IMG/VR virus record: IMGVR_UViG_3300020042_003684
Span: 1 to 24,694 of that record
Strand: one strand, 5' to 3'
DNA: 24,694 nt
From: a virus
Lineage: Duplodnaviria; Caudoviricetes
Part shown: positions 1 to 8,393 of the stretch, piece by piece
Position numbering within the stretch: position 1 is the stretch's first letter
Layout of the letters: every line of letters begins with the position of its first letter
Notes under the pieces: generated by a model
The model's database searches: none
The model's input: the letters and a program-made list of their open reading frames with translations, nothing else
Told to the model about the DNA's origin: nothing
Made by a program: the position numbers and the translations under genes

Positions 1-19
1 GGATTCTTAATTCAGCCAT
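1..19 (-). CDS. 5' fragment of a tape measure gene (MAELRI), B-type allele, running off the window start
   Basis: Reverse complement reads ATGGCTGAATTAAGAATCC = MAELRI, the same N-terminus as the 6792..8393 tape measure, with the same TAATG stop/start overlap. Confidence 0.85.
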
Positions 20-121
20 TAGTTGCCACTCCCATTAAACTTAGCGGCGGCCTTTTCAAGCGCCTTAATAACGCCATCCTTGGCTTTGCCTTCATCCTCT
101 TTGTAGGCCTTAAACATTGCA
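19..121 (-). CDS. 3' fragment of neck/tail-completion (HK97 gp10-like) gene, B-type allele
   Basis: Minus strand reads AMFKAYKEDEGKAKDGVIKALEKAAAKFNGSGN*, homologous to the C-terminus of 6280..6792 (VMFKAYDQDQGKAKAGVIKALEMAAAKFNAKGI*). Homology stops at ~121. Confidence 0.85.
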
Positions 122-182
122 GTCCAGAACGATGCCGGACTCGCCCTTTACTGCCCGACCAGTCACAGACAGTCCTAGCTAG
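120..182 (+). CDS. 3' fragment of the gene preceding terminase (probably packaging-associated HNH protein), genome A
   Basis: Frame QSRTMPDSPFTARPVTDSPS* ends in a TAG overlapping the terminase GTG (TAGTG). The HNH identity is inferred from position and from recalled similar phage proteins. Confidence 0.5.
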   Translation, partial: QSRTMPDSPFTARPVTDSPS

Positions 183-1600
183 TGGGCGCTCGTAAACATC
201 CGCTACGAGGGGCAATAAAGCCAAGGCTTCACAGTCCACTTCTCAAAGGCAAAACACGCTCAAATGAGATCGCTAAGATGGCAGAAGACTTAGGCACGCC
301 TTTAATGCCGTGGCAGCGCTGGCTTTTAGATGACATGATGAAGATCGATGCCAAATCGATGTACATTCGCAAGACTACGCTTCTGTTAGTAGCTCGACAG
401 AACGGCAAGTCTCATTTAGGACGCATGAGAGTTATTTGGGGTCTCTTCTATGGAGGCGAGATGAAGCATCTGATCATGTCCTCTAACCGAGCAACTGCCC
501 TTATGACTTTTAGAGAGATCGCGTGGATTATTGAGAATGCGCCGCATCTTAAGGCTGCCACTAAAGCCATCCGATACGCCAACGGCGGCGAACGCATAGA
601 GCTTCTCAATGGCGCAACGCTAGACCTCGTATCCGATACTCGTGACTCATCTCGTGGACGTACAGCAGATTTTCTTTGGATCGATGAAGTCCGAGAGATA
701 AGCAAAGAGGGTTACACAGCTGCAATCCCTACAACTCGCGCAAGGGCTAACAGCCAGACTTTGCTAACGTCGAATGCCGGTGACGCCTTTTCTGAGACGC
801 TAAATACATTACGCGAGAGAGCGTTATCTGCGCCTCCTAAGTCATTTGGATTCTATGAATACTCAGCACCGCAATACTGCAAGATCACAGACCGCAATGC
901 ATGGGCGCTGGCTAATCCAGCACTCGGCCATACGATTACAGAGGAGTCACTTGAGGAAGCCGTTGCAACGAATAAGATTGAAGATATTAGGACTGAGCTT
1001 CTATGCCAATGGATTGATTCTCTACAGAGTCCATGGCCTCATGGTATTCTTGAGGCAACCTCCGATGCCACGCTCCAGATTCCGATTGGTGGCTATACAG
1101 TATTTGGCTTCGATGTATCTCCATCTCGCCGCAACGCGAGCCTCGTGGCTGGTCAAATTATGGGTGACGGAAGAATCGGTGTCGGAATCTTGCAGACGTG
1201 GGAGTCGCAAGTCTCGGTAGATGACCTAAAAATAGCAGCTGAGATTAAGGGATGGGCTGATCAATATCGGCCTAAGATGATCTGCTTCGACAAATACACG
1301 ACGCAATCGATCGCTGAAAGATTGGCTAATGCCGGTCAGATTACTCAAGATGTATCAGGCCAGCAGTTCTATCAGGCTTGCTCTGACCTTCTTGATGGTC
1401 TAGTCAATGGTCGCGTAGTGCATAACGGACAAGAGGAATTGATAAAGCAGATGAATAACTGCGCGGCTAAGACCAACGATTCTAGCTGGCGCATCGTAAA
1501 GCGTAAGAGCGCTGGCGATGTATCCGCACCGATCTCTCTTGCCATGGTTGTCTCGATGCTATTAAAACCGCAACAGGTAGCGGCTATCTACACAGAATAA
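182..1600 (+). CDS. terL: Terminase large subunit
   Basis: Walker A VARQNGKS, Walker B LWIDE, coupling motif LTSNAG, RNase H-like nuclease GFDVS; lies directly before the portal. Confidence 0.95.
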   Translation: MGARKHPLRGAIKPRLHSPLLKGKTRSNEIAKMAEDLGTPLMPWQRWLLDDMMKIDAKSMYIRKTTLLLVARQNGKSHLGRMRVIWGLFYGGEMKHLIMSSNRATALMTFREIAWIIENAPHLKAATKAIRYANGGERIELLNGATLDLVSDTRDSSRGRTADFLWIDEVREISKEGYTAAIPTTRARANSQTLLTSNAGDAFSETLNTLRERALSAPPKSFGFYEYSAPQYCKITDRNAWALANPALGHTITEESLEEAVATNKIEDIRTELLCQWIDSLQSPWPHGILEATSDATLQIPIGGYTVFGFDVSPSRRNASLVAGQIMGDGRIGVGILQTWESQVSVDDLKIAAEIKGWADQYRPKMICFDKYTTQSIAERLANAGQITQDVSGQQFYQACSDLLDGLVNGRVVHNGQEELIKQMNNCAAKTNDSSWRIVKRKSAGDVSAPISLAMVVSMLLKPQQVAAIYTE

Positions 1601-1613
1601 ACTATATGTAGTG

Positions 1614-1628
1614 TATAATTGCCATCTA
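1614..1628 (+). promoter_or_regulatory. -10 box of a probable leaderless promoter for the portal gene
   Basis: Perfect TATAAT at 1614-1619, 8 nt before ATG 1628; no Shine-Dalgarno sequence in between. Confidence 0.65.
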
Positions 1629-2755
1629 TGGGTATCCTCTCGCGCCTTACAGGTGCAACACCGAAGGCCAATGTTGAAGCGCAATACGCACCGCAGGTTC
1701 TTGGTGAGTATTCGCCTTATGCGATGCCGTTCCAATTTGCTTACGTTGGACGCACAGAAGCTTTAGGAGTTCCGGCACTAGCTCGATGCCGTAACCTTCT
1801 CGCTGGCACAATCGGCACAATTCCATTGATGTTGCATAAGAAGTCAACAGGCGAGATGCTAGGCAGCCCTCTCTGGTTAGATCAGCCGTCTTATCATCAG
1901 CCTCGATCAGTAACTATTGCTTACACAGTTGACTCACTTCTATTTTACGGACAAGCATTCTGGCAAGTAGTCGAGGTCTATCAAGAAGATGGGAGACCAT
2001 CTCGGTTCGAGTGGATTGCTAACAGTCGCGTAACAGCGACACTAGATCGCGATAATGTCTTTGTAAAGTCTTACGCCATTGATGGCACAACAGTACCGAT
2101 GGACGGCCTTGGCTCACTCGTTACATTCCAGTCACTTAATGATGGCATTCTCAATACTGGCGCATCAACTATTCGCGCTGCTATTGACGTGCAGAAAGCC
2201 TCAGTAGTAGCTGCTGCAACGCCTATGGCTACGGGCTATCTCAAGAATACAGGTGCGGATCTACCACCTTCTGAAGTGCAAGGATTACTTTCAGCATGGA
2301 AGTCTGCCCGTCAAAATCGTTCTACGGCTTACTTAACCTCAACTCTTAACTATGAATCTGTAGGCTTCTCACCTAAAGACATGATGTACGGGGAAGCAAT
2401 TTTCAACCTCGCGACGGAAGTGGCACGCTTGTGCAACGTGCCTGCCTACTACGTCTCAGCAGATCAAAATAATTCCATGACCTATGCCAACGTTACAGAT
2501 GAGCGTAAGCAATTCTTAACAATGTCCTTGCAGCCATTTATATCGGCCATTGAGGATCGTCTTTCAATGGATGACATAACAGCTCGTGGCAACGTTGTCC
2601 TATTTGACATCGATAAAAATTTCCTACGCACAGATCCACTCGTAGAATTGGCAGTAATTCGCGAGATGCTTGACCTACAGCTCATAACTGTAGAGCAGGC
2701 AATGGGCATGACAGACCTAACACCTAACGGAAGCCATGGGATGATATATGAATGA
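1628..2755 (+). CDS. Phage portal protein (HK97 type)
   Basis: Motifs LLFYGQAFW, EVARLCNVPAYYV, SMTYANV and IEDRLS; lies between terminase and capsid. ATG 1628 is preferred over TTG 1619. Confidence 0.93.
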   Translation: MGILSRLTGATPKANVEAQYAPQVLGEYSPYAMPFQFAYVGRTEALGVPALARCRNLLAGTIGTIPLMLHKKSTGEMLGSPLWLDQPSYHQPRSVTIAYTVDSLLFYGQAFWQVVEVYQEDGRPSRFEWIANSRVTATLDRDNVFVKSYAIDGTTVPMDGLGSLVTFQSLNDGILNTGASTIRAAIDVQKASVVAAATPMATGYLKNTGADLPPSEVQGLLSAWKSARQNRSTAYLTSTLNYESVGFSPKDMMYGEAIFNLATEVARLCNVPAYYVSADQNNSMTYANVTDERKQFLTMSLQPFISAIEDRLSMDDITARGNVVLFDIDKNFLRTDPLVELAVIREMLDLQLITVEQAMGMTDLTPNGSHGMIYE

Positions 2756-4301
2756 GATGATCACATTCTCAGCAGAACTTAAAGCAGATGCAGCAGAGCG
2801 CACGATCTCTGGAAAGATAGTTCCCTACGATGGCGAAGTCGGAATGACATCTGCCGGAGCCGTAGTCTTTGAGCGTGGCGCAATCAATATCGCTGAATCA
2901 AGTAAAGTCAAGCTCTTACTAGAGCATGATGCTAAGCAGCCGATTGGCCGCGCTCAATTTTTTAATGAAACAGAAGACGGGATCTATGCGTCTTTTAAGA
3001 TTTCTAAATCATCACGCGGCACAGATGCATTAATCGAAGCCGCAGAAGAACTTCGTACTGGTCTATCAGTCGGAGTCATGGTCAATGCAGCCAAGCCTAA
3101 GAATGGCGTGCTGTATGTATCGAGTGCAGAACTCCTCGAAGTAAGTTTGGTTCAGGCAGCAGCCTTTAAGTCTGCCGCCGTAACCGATATAGCGGCGTCT
3201 GAAGATGAAGCCGTAGAAACCAACCAACCAACAGAAAGCGAGACAGCCACCGTGGAAGACACCACTTCAGCAGTCGAAGCAACACCTACAGTTGAGGCTG
3301 CCGCAGTTGAAGCTGCTCGCCCTGCTGTAACAGCAATGGCTTACACACAGCCACGCATTGAACTAACAACTGCAAAGTATGTAGAGAACACTATTCGCGC
3401 AGCAATGGGCGATGACGCAGCTCGTCAATACATCGCAGCAGCAGATAGCACAGTCAATAACCCAGGACTCGTTCCAACACGTCAGTTGTCAGAGATCGTC
3501 AACCCTCTCGGTACAACTATCCGTCCATCGATCGAAGCAATCTCACGCGGAGTGCTTCCAGATGCAGGTATGACTTTCGAGATTCCAAAAATTACAGCAA
3601 TGCCAACAGTTGCAGAAACAGCACAAGGTAATGCATTTAACGAAACAGATCAGACATCAGACTTCCTCTCAGTAACTGTTAAGAAGTACGCTGGACAACA
3701 GACATTCTCTGTCGAATTGCTAGATCGTACATCTCCAGCATTCTTTGATGAACTCGTTCGCAACATGGCCGCAGCATACGCAAAAGCTACAGATGCAGCA
3801 GTTAACGCAGCACTTATCTCAGGCGCAACAGCAGATGCAACTACAACAGTTACCTACCCAACAGCAGCAGAACTCCTCGGAGTAGTTGCTCGCGGTGCAG
3901 CTTCTGTCTATGGCGCAACACTTGGCCTACCTAACCCATTCGCTCGTAACATGATCGTCAACACATCACAGTGGTCTAACATCATGACACTCAACGATGC
4001 AGGACGCCCTATCTACACAGCTTCACAGCCACAGAACGCAGGCGGAGTCGCATCACCTACAGCCCTACAGGGTAACGTGGCAGGTCTTAACCTCTACGTC
4101 ACACCTAACACAGCTGCTGGAACTGACACAGATGGATCGATCATCATCGTCAACCCAGACGCGTACACATGGTACGAGTCACCAACATACCGACTACGCG
4201 CAGAGTCAACAGCTGCTGGTCAGGTAACAATCGGCTACTACGGCTACGGCGCAATCGCGACCAAAGTCGGAGCAGGCGCATTTAAGAATAACAAGGCGTA
4301 A
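2748..4301 (+). CDS. Fused HK97-type prohead protease and major capsid protein
   Basis: N-terminal protease motifs (LLEHD, GLSVG, LLEVSLV), an acidic Ala/Thr linker, then HK97-fold capsid sequence (KKYAGQQTFSVELLDR). Confidence 0.92.
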   Translation: MNEMITFSAELKADAAERTISGKIVPYDGEVGMTSAGAVVFERGAINIAESSKVKLLLEHDAKQPIGRAQFFNETEDGIYASFKISKSSRGTDALIEAAEELRTGLSVGVMVNAAKPKNGVLYVSSAELLEVSLVQAAAFKSAAVTDIAASEDEAVETNQPTESETATVEDTTSAVEATPTVEAAAVEAARPAVTAMAYTQPRIELTTAKYVENTIRAAMGDDAARQYIAAADSTVNNPGLVPTRQLSEIVNPLGTTIRPSIEAISRGVLPDAGMTFEIPKITAMPTVAETAQGNAFNETDQTSDFLSVTVKKYAGQQTFSVELLDRTSPAFFDELVRNMAAAYAKATDAAVNAALISGATADATTTVTYPTAAELLGVVARGAASVYGATLGLPNPFARNMIVNTSQWSNIMTLNDAGRPIYTASQPQNAGGVASPTALQGNVAGLNLYVTPNTAAGTDTDGSIIIVNPDAYTWYESPTYRLRAESTAAGQVTIGYYGYGAIATKVGAGAFKNNKA

Positions 4302-4315
4302 GCCACACTAAGTCG

Positions 4316-4351
4316 CTGGCAGGGTAGTGCCCTTCTACCCTGCCAGTCTTT
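4316..4351 (+). terminator. Intrinsic terminator or attenuator after the capsid gene
   Basis: Perfect 12-bp stem CTGGCAGGGTAG/CTACCCTGCCAG, loop TGCCCTT, short TCTTT tail. Confidence 0.8.
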
Positions 4352-4366
4352 AGAAAGGTAAACAAT

Positions 4367-4939
4367 ATGGCTCTGACAACAGTTGCAGAACTTCGTACGG
4401 CTCTAGGCGTAGGTAGTCTCTACACCGATGCAGTCTTGCAGTCTGTCTGCGACGCTTCAGACAACGTACTGCTACCTTTCATCTGGAATAACAAATCTTT
4501 CAACATTGCAAGCGAATCGACAACTACATCTGCCACTCTTTATTTTGACCACAATGTAGAAGATGTATTTTACGTAGGTCAGACTGTAGTAGTATCAAAT
4601 AACGCGGCTCACCTTAACGGCTCAAAGACAATTACAGCAGTCAGCGATAAGACAATCAGCTATACGATAAGTCATGGAACAGTCTTTCCCTACCATCCAG
4701 TAAATCCTTACGGCACAGTAGCGGCAACAGAGACACTAGATCCATCAACAGTACCGGCAATCCAAGAAGCCTCTTTAATGATTGCTATTACAATTTGGCA
4801 GGCAAGACAGTCACCGACAGGTCAATCTGTTACAATTGATGGATTTCAGCCGAGCCCATTTACCATGTCCTCAACACTTGTAGCGAGAGTGCGTGGATTA
4901 CTTGCGCCGTATCTCGATCCGAGATCGCAGATTGGTTGA
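4367..4939 (+). CDS. Head-tail connector/adaptor with an inserted beta-rich domain
   Basis: First gene after capsid, RBS AGAAAGG; N-terminal TVAELRTALG and C-terminal AIQEASLMIA...VRGLLAPY are typical of gp15/gp6-like adaptors. Confidence 0.75.
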   Translation: MALTTVAELRTALGVGSLYTDAVLQSVCDASDNVLLPFIWNNKSFNIASESTTTSATLYFDHNVEDVFYVGQTVVVSNNAAHLNGSKTITAVSDKTISYTISHGTVFPYHPVNPYGTVAATETLDPSTVPAIQEASLMIAITIWQARQSPTGQSVTIDGFQPSPFTMSSTLVARVRGLLAPYLDPRSQIG

Positions 4940-4941
4940 TC

Positions 4942-5331
4942 ATGGCAGCCATATCAACACTCCGCGCAGGTATAGCAGCCGCACTCACAGATAATACAAA
5001 GTATTCAATTTTCTCATTTCCGCCGCCATCGCCCATTGCTAACAGCGTTATAGTTAGCCCTGCTGATCCATACATAACGCCTTCCAATAATTCATATACA
5101 ACGATCGCTCCTATGGCTAACTTTCAGCTGTCGATCCTCGTGCCGTTGCTAGATAATGAAGGCAATCTCAATGGAATTGAAGATGACATCGTGCGCGTGT
5201 TTAGCCTGCTCGCTGCATCTTCATACACCTACAACGTCTCTGATGTATCGGCTCCGGCCGTACTTAGTGCGGCGTCAGGTGATCTACTTACTTGCAATAT
5301 CAACATATCAATCCTAACGAATTGGAGCTAA
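4942..5331 (+). CDS. Putative tail terminator / head-closure protein
   Basis: About 130 aa, between connector and major tail protein; the call rests on position and size. Confidence 0.6.
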   Translation: MAAISTLRAGIAAALTDNTKYSIFSFPPPSPIANSVIVSPADPYITPSNNSYTTIAPMANFQLSILVPLLDNEGNLNGIEDDIVRVFSLLAASSYTYNVSDVSAPAVLSAASGDLLTCNINISILTNWS

Positions 5332-5334
5332 ATC

Positions 5335-5442
5335 ATGACCGATATGGAACAATGGGAAAAAGAAAGAGACCTGTTCATGGCCATGATTGGTCAGACTAAA
5401 TCTCCTGCATCAAAACCATCAACAAAGAAAGAAGAGGAATAA
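5335..5442 (+). CDS. 35-aa hypothetical protein (not in ORF track)
   Basis: MTDMEQWEKERDLFMAMIGQTKSPASKPSTKKEEE*; GGAG upstream; fills the gap exactly between two tail genes. Confidence 0.65.
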   Translation: MTDMEQWEKERDLFMAMIGQTKSPASKPSTKKEEE

Positions 5443-5445
5443 GCC

Positions 5446-5859
5446 GTGTCAGTATATCTAAGCAACGGAGTGGTTCTTACTGTAAACGCGGTAGACCTCT
5501 CATCACTAGTAAGTTCATGCACAATCAATAGATCCTTTGACGAATTAGAGACCACAAGTATGGGCCAGAGTGGTCATACTTTCGTGAAAGGATTAGAAGC
5601 CTCATCAATTTCAATCGATTTCTTCAATGATGAAGCATCATCTAAGACACTCCAGACATTAAACTCATCATCAGTATGGGGTAACAATGTTACTGTAACT
5701 GTAAAGCAGAGTTCTGCTGCTACATCTGCTACAAATCCACTTTACACAATGACTTGCCTAGTCAATAACACTACACCTATCAATGGTGCAGTTGGCGATC
5801 TATCAACTCAGTCAGTAACTTGGAACGTTTCTGGTACAGTAGCAATCACAACCGCATAA
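5446..5859 (+). CDS. Major tail (tube) protein
   Basis: 137 aa, Ser/Thr/beta-rich, DELETTSMG loop motif; lies upstream of the tail chaperone. Confidence 0.85.
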   Translation: MSVYLSNGVVLTVNAVDLSSLVSSCTINRSFDELETTSMGQSGHTFVKGLEASSISIDFFNDEASSKTLQTLNSSSVWGNNVTVTVKQSSAATSATNPLYTMTCLVNNTTPINGAVGDLSTQSVTWNVSGTVAITTA

Positions 5860-5883
5860 TCTAACTAAACAAAGGGGCACAGC

Positions 5884-6141
5884 ATGGCAAAGTTAATAGT
5901 CACGATGGCAGACAATAGCGTCACCGAGATCGAGATTACACCTCGGCTTGAGTACGCGTTCGAGCTATATGCTAAAAAGGGATTTCACAAAGCGTTTCGC
6001 GATGATGAAAAGCAGTCGGATGTCTATTGGCTTGCATGGGAAGGCCTTCGACTAAGTGGAGTCACAGTCAAGCCATTTGGCTCAGACTTTCTCGATACTC
6101 TTAAGAGTGTAGAGGTTGCAGAGTCTGACCCTTTGGCCTAG
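5884..6141 (+). CDS. Tail assembly chaperone (gpG-like)
   Basis: Follows the tail tube gene and ends just after a slippery heptamer. Confidence 0.8.
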   Translation: MAKLIVTMADNSVTEIEITPRLEYAFELYAKKGFHKAFRDDEKQSDVYWLAWEGLRLSGVTVKPFGSDFLDTLKSVEVAESDPLA

Positions 6142-6305
6142 GCAGGGATAGCATCCACTATCTCATAGCTCGCTTGAGCATTGAGACGGCTATCCCTCCA
6201 CAATATTTGATCGATTTAGATCCATCGATGCTCCAGATGATTCTGAAAGCATTGAAAGACCGAGCAGAGGAGCAGAAGAATGCCTACAGAGCTAAAAGGC
6301 GCTAG
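5884..6305 (+). CDS. Frameshifted tail assembly chaperone (gpGT-like), -1 shift at C CCT TTG (6129-6135)
   Basis: In-frame XXXYYYZ heptamer. The -1 frame is open for 58 codons (..GLGRDSIHYLIARLSIETAIPPQYLIDLDPSMLQMILKALKDRAEEQKNAYRAKRR*) and fills an otherwise empty gap. Confidence 0.8.
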
Positions 6306-6792
6306 CCAGCTGCGCAAAGCTCTCAAGCAATTCTCGCCTGATCTTGATAAAGAAGTACGCGATGAGATGGTCGGATTCCTTAAACCTTTAATTAAGAAGG
6401 CTAGAGGTTTCCTCCCGTCTAACGCAGACGCTCCATCTGGCTTCGTCAAGCATGAAGTAAAGACTGCCAAGTTTCCAATGTACGACGCAGCTGAGGCACG
6501 CCGAGGTGTCGGCTATAAATTGACACCGACTAAGCCTAATCGTCAAGGGTGGGTGCAGACAGTATCGATCCACAATAAGACGGCGGCAGGTGCAATCGTT
6601 GAGACTGCCGGACGTAAGTCTGGTATGTCTGGCAACTTTAGCCCACGCTTCTCAGGCACATTCGCAGGCCGTGGCAAGATGGCTGGCCGCGTGATGTTTA
6701 AGGCTTACGATCAAGATCAAGGCAAGGCTAAGGCTGGCGTTATTAAGGCGCTTGAAATGGCTGCCGCTAAGTTTAATGCGAAAGGTATCTAA
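6280..6792 (+). CDS. Neck / tail-completion protein (HK97 gp10-like)
   Basis: Basic 170-aa protein starting ELKGASQLRKALK, with a GAIVETAG motif. Confidence 0.6.
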   Translation: MPTELKGASQLRKALKQFSPDLDKEVRDEMVGFLKPLIKKARGFLPSNADAPSGFVKHEVKTAKFPMYDAAEARRGVGYKLTPTKPNRQGWVQTVSIHNKTAAGAIVETAGRKSGMSGNFSPRFSGTFAGRGKMAGRVMFKAYDQDQGKAKAGVIKALEMAAAKFNAKGI

Positions 6793-8393
6793 TGGCTGAA
6801 TTACGCATACCGATTATCGGTGAGTTCAAGGGTAAGAAAGCCTTTAAGGATGCAGACAATAGCGTCAAGGGTCTTAATAAATCTTTTAAGAGACTAGCAG
6901 GCGCAGCAGGCATCGGTCTATCGACTGCCGCAATAGTTAATTTTGGCAAGAAGTCAGTGCAGGCATTTATTGCAGATGAGAAGGCAGCTTCACAGCTTGC
7001 AGTAGCAGTCAAGAATCTAGGCCTAGCCTTTGAGACTCCACGCATTGAGCAGTTTATTTCAGAGATGTCTCGCGCTTCGGGCGTGGCCGATGATGTACTA
7101 CGCCCATCGATGCAGAAGTTATTGCAGACCACTGGCTCAGTTACAAAGTCTCAAGAATTACTGACTCAAGCTCTCGACATATCACGAGGCAGTGGTGTCG
7201 ATTTTGAGACTGTCGTAGAAGATTTAACCAAGGCTTATGTCGGCCAGACTCGTGGACTTAATAAATATAAGTTAGGTCTCAGCCAAGCCGAATTAAAAAC
7301 CGCGTCCTTTGCGGATTTGCAAGAAAGATTAAATAAACAATTTACAGGATCCAATGCTGCCTACCTTGAAACCTACGCTGGCAAGTTAGGACTCATCACG
7401 ACTGCCGCTGGTGAAGCTCAAGAGACTATTGGCAAGGGTCTCATCGATGCCTTCACTATTCTCTCAAGCGAGTCCGGCAACATAACAGAACTTACTGACG
7501 CAATGAACAGCTTTGCAGAAGGTACTGCCAATGCATTCCGCAGCGTAGCAATCTTGGTCTCTAACCTTGATAAGGCCATGTCAGCAGGCTTTGGCTTACT
7601 TGGAGTTTTAGACAGTATTACTGGAAGTAACTTCGTCAAGGTATTCGGTGGAGCAATAGGACTTCTTAGCACTCAAGGCGGAGGCTCATTCAGCAGCAAC
7701 ACAAAGGCAGGCGCTGGCGGCTATCCTTCATCTGCACTAGGGCCGGGCTTTATTGATCCTAACGATGCAGCTCGTAAAGCAGCAGAAGCGGCAGCAGCCA
7801 AGCGTGCGAAAGAACTAGCCGCCTTGCAGAAAAAGACTTTGGATACACAGAAAAAGTCCCTAGCTTTACAGAAGGCTTCTAAGACTCTTAACCTAGACGC
7901 TATCGGCATTGAGGCAGCACTTAAGGGCAAGATAAGCCAGACCGATCGAATCTCCTTGGAATTACAAAAAGCGATTCTTGATGGTAATGCTGTCATGGCA
8001 GAAAAATTGGCTAAAGACTTAGATACCGCTGTCAAGCGTAATAATGAACTACGCCTAGCGCTACTTGCAACTCCTGAAGCTCCTAATCCTTATCGTAATT
8101 GGAAAGCGCCTGGACTCGATTACGGCGGCAACAAGATAGGAGATAAAGTACCTAACTTTACACCTCCTAGTTTCAACGTCCCAGACATGGGTAGCGGCAA
8201 TGTCGGAGGCGGATTAGGTTTAGAAGATTTACGCGGAAGAAGTGCCGCTGTTCCACAGATTAACATCCTAGTCGAACTTGATGGGCAGACAGTCGGCGGA
8301 GCAATCCGCGATGGTCAGATCAATGACTCGCTATCTGGATCTTTTAATCAAGTTAATCGAGGGCAAGGCTTTAAGGGAGCGGTAGCTATCTAA
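6792..8393 (+). CDS. Tail tape measure protein
   Basis: 533 aa, Ala/Gly/Leu-rich and helical; C-terminal INILVELDGQTVG motif. Confidence 0.92.
   Translation: MAELRIPIIGEFKGKKAFKDADNSVKGLNKSFKRLAGAAGIGLSTAAIVNFGKKSVQAFIADEKAASQLAVAVKNLGLAFETPRIEQFISEMSRASGVADDVLRPSMQKLLQTTGSVTKSQELLTQALDISRGSGVDFETVVEDLTKAYVGQTRGLNKYKLGLSQAELKTASFADLQERLNKQFTGSNAAYLETYAGKLGLITTAAGEAQETIGKGLIDAFTILSSESGNITELTDAMNSFAEGTANAFRSVAILVSNLDKAMSAGFGLLGVLDSITGSNFVKVFGGAIGLLSTQGGGSFSSNTKAGAGGYPSSALGPGFIDPNDAARKAAEAAAAKRAKELAALQKKTLDTQKKSLALQKASKTLNLDAIGIEAALKGKISQTDRISLELQKAILDGNAVMAEKLAKDLDTAVKRNNELRLALLATPEAPNPYRNWKAPGLDYGGNKIGDKVPNFTPPSFNVPDMGSGNVGGGLGLEDLRGRSAAVPQINILVELDGQTVGGAIRDGQINDSLSGSFNQVNRGQGFKGAVAI

Noticed and set aside
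12-239. 75-aa minus-strand ORF
   Set aside because: It spans the junction and is out of frame with the real neck-gene fragment.
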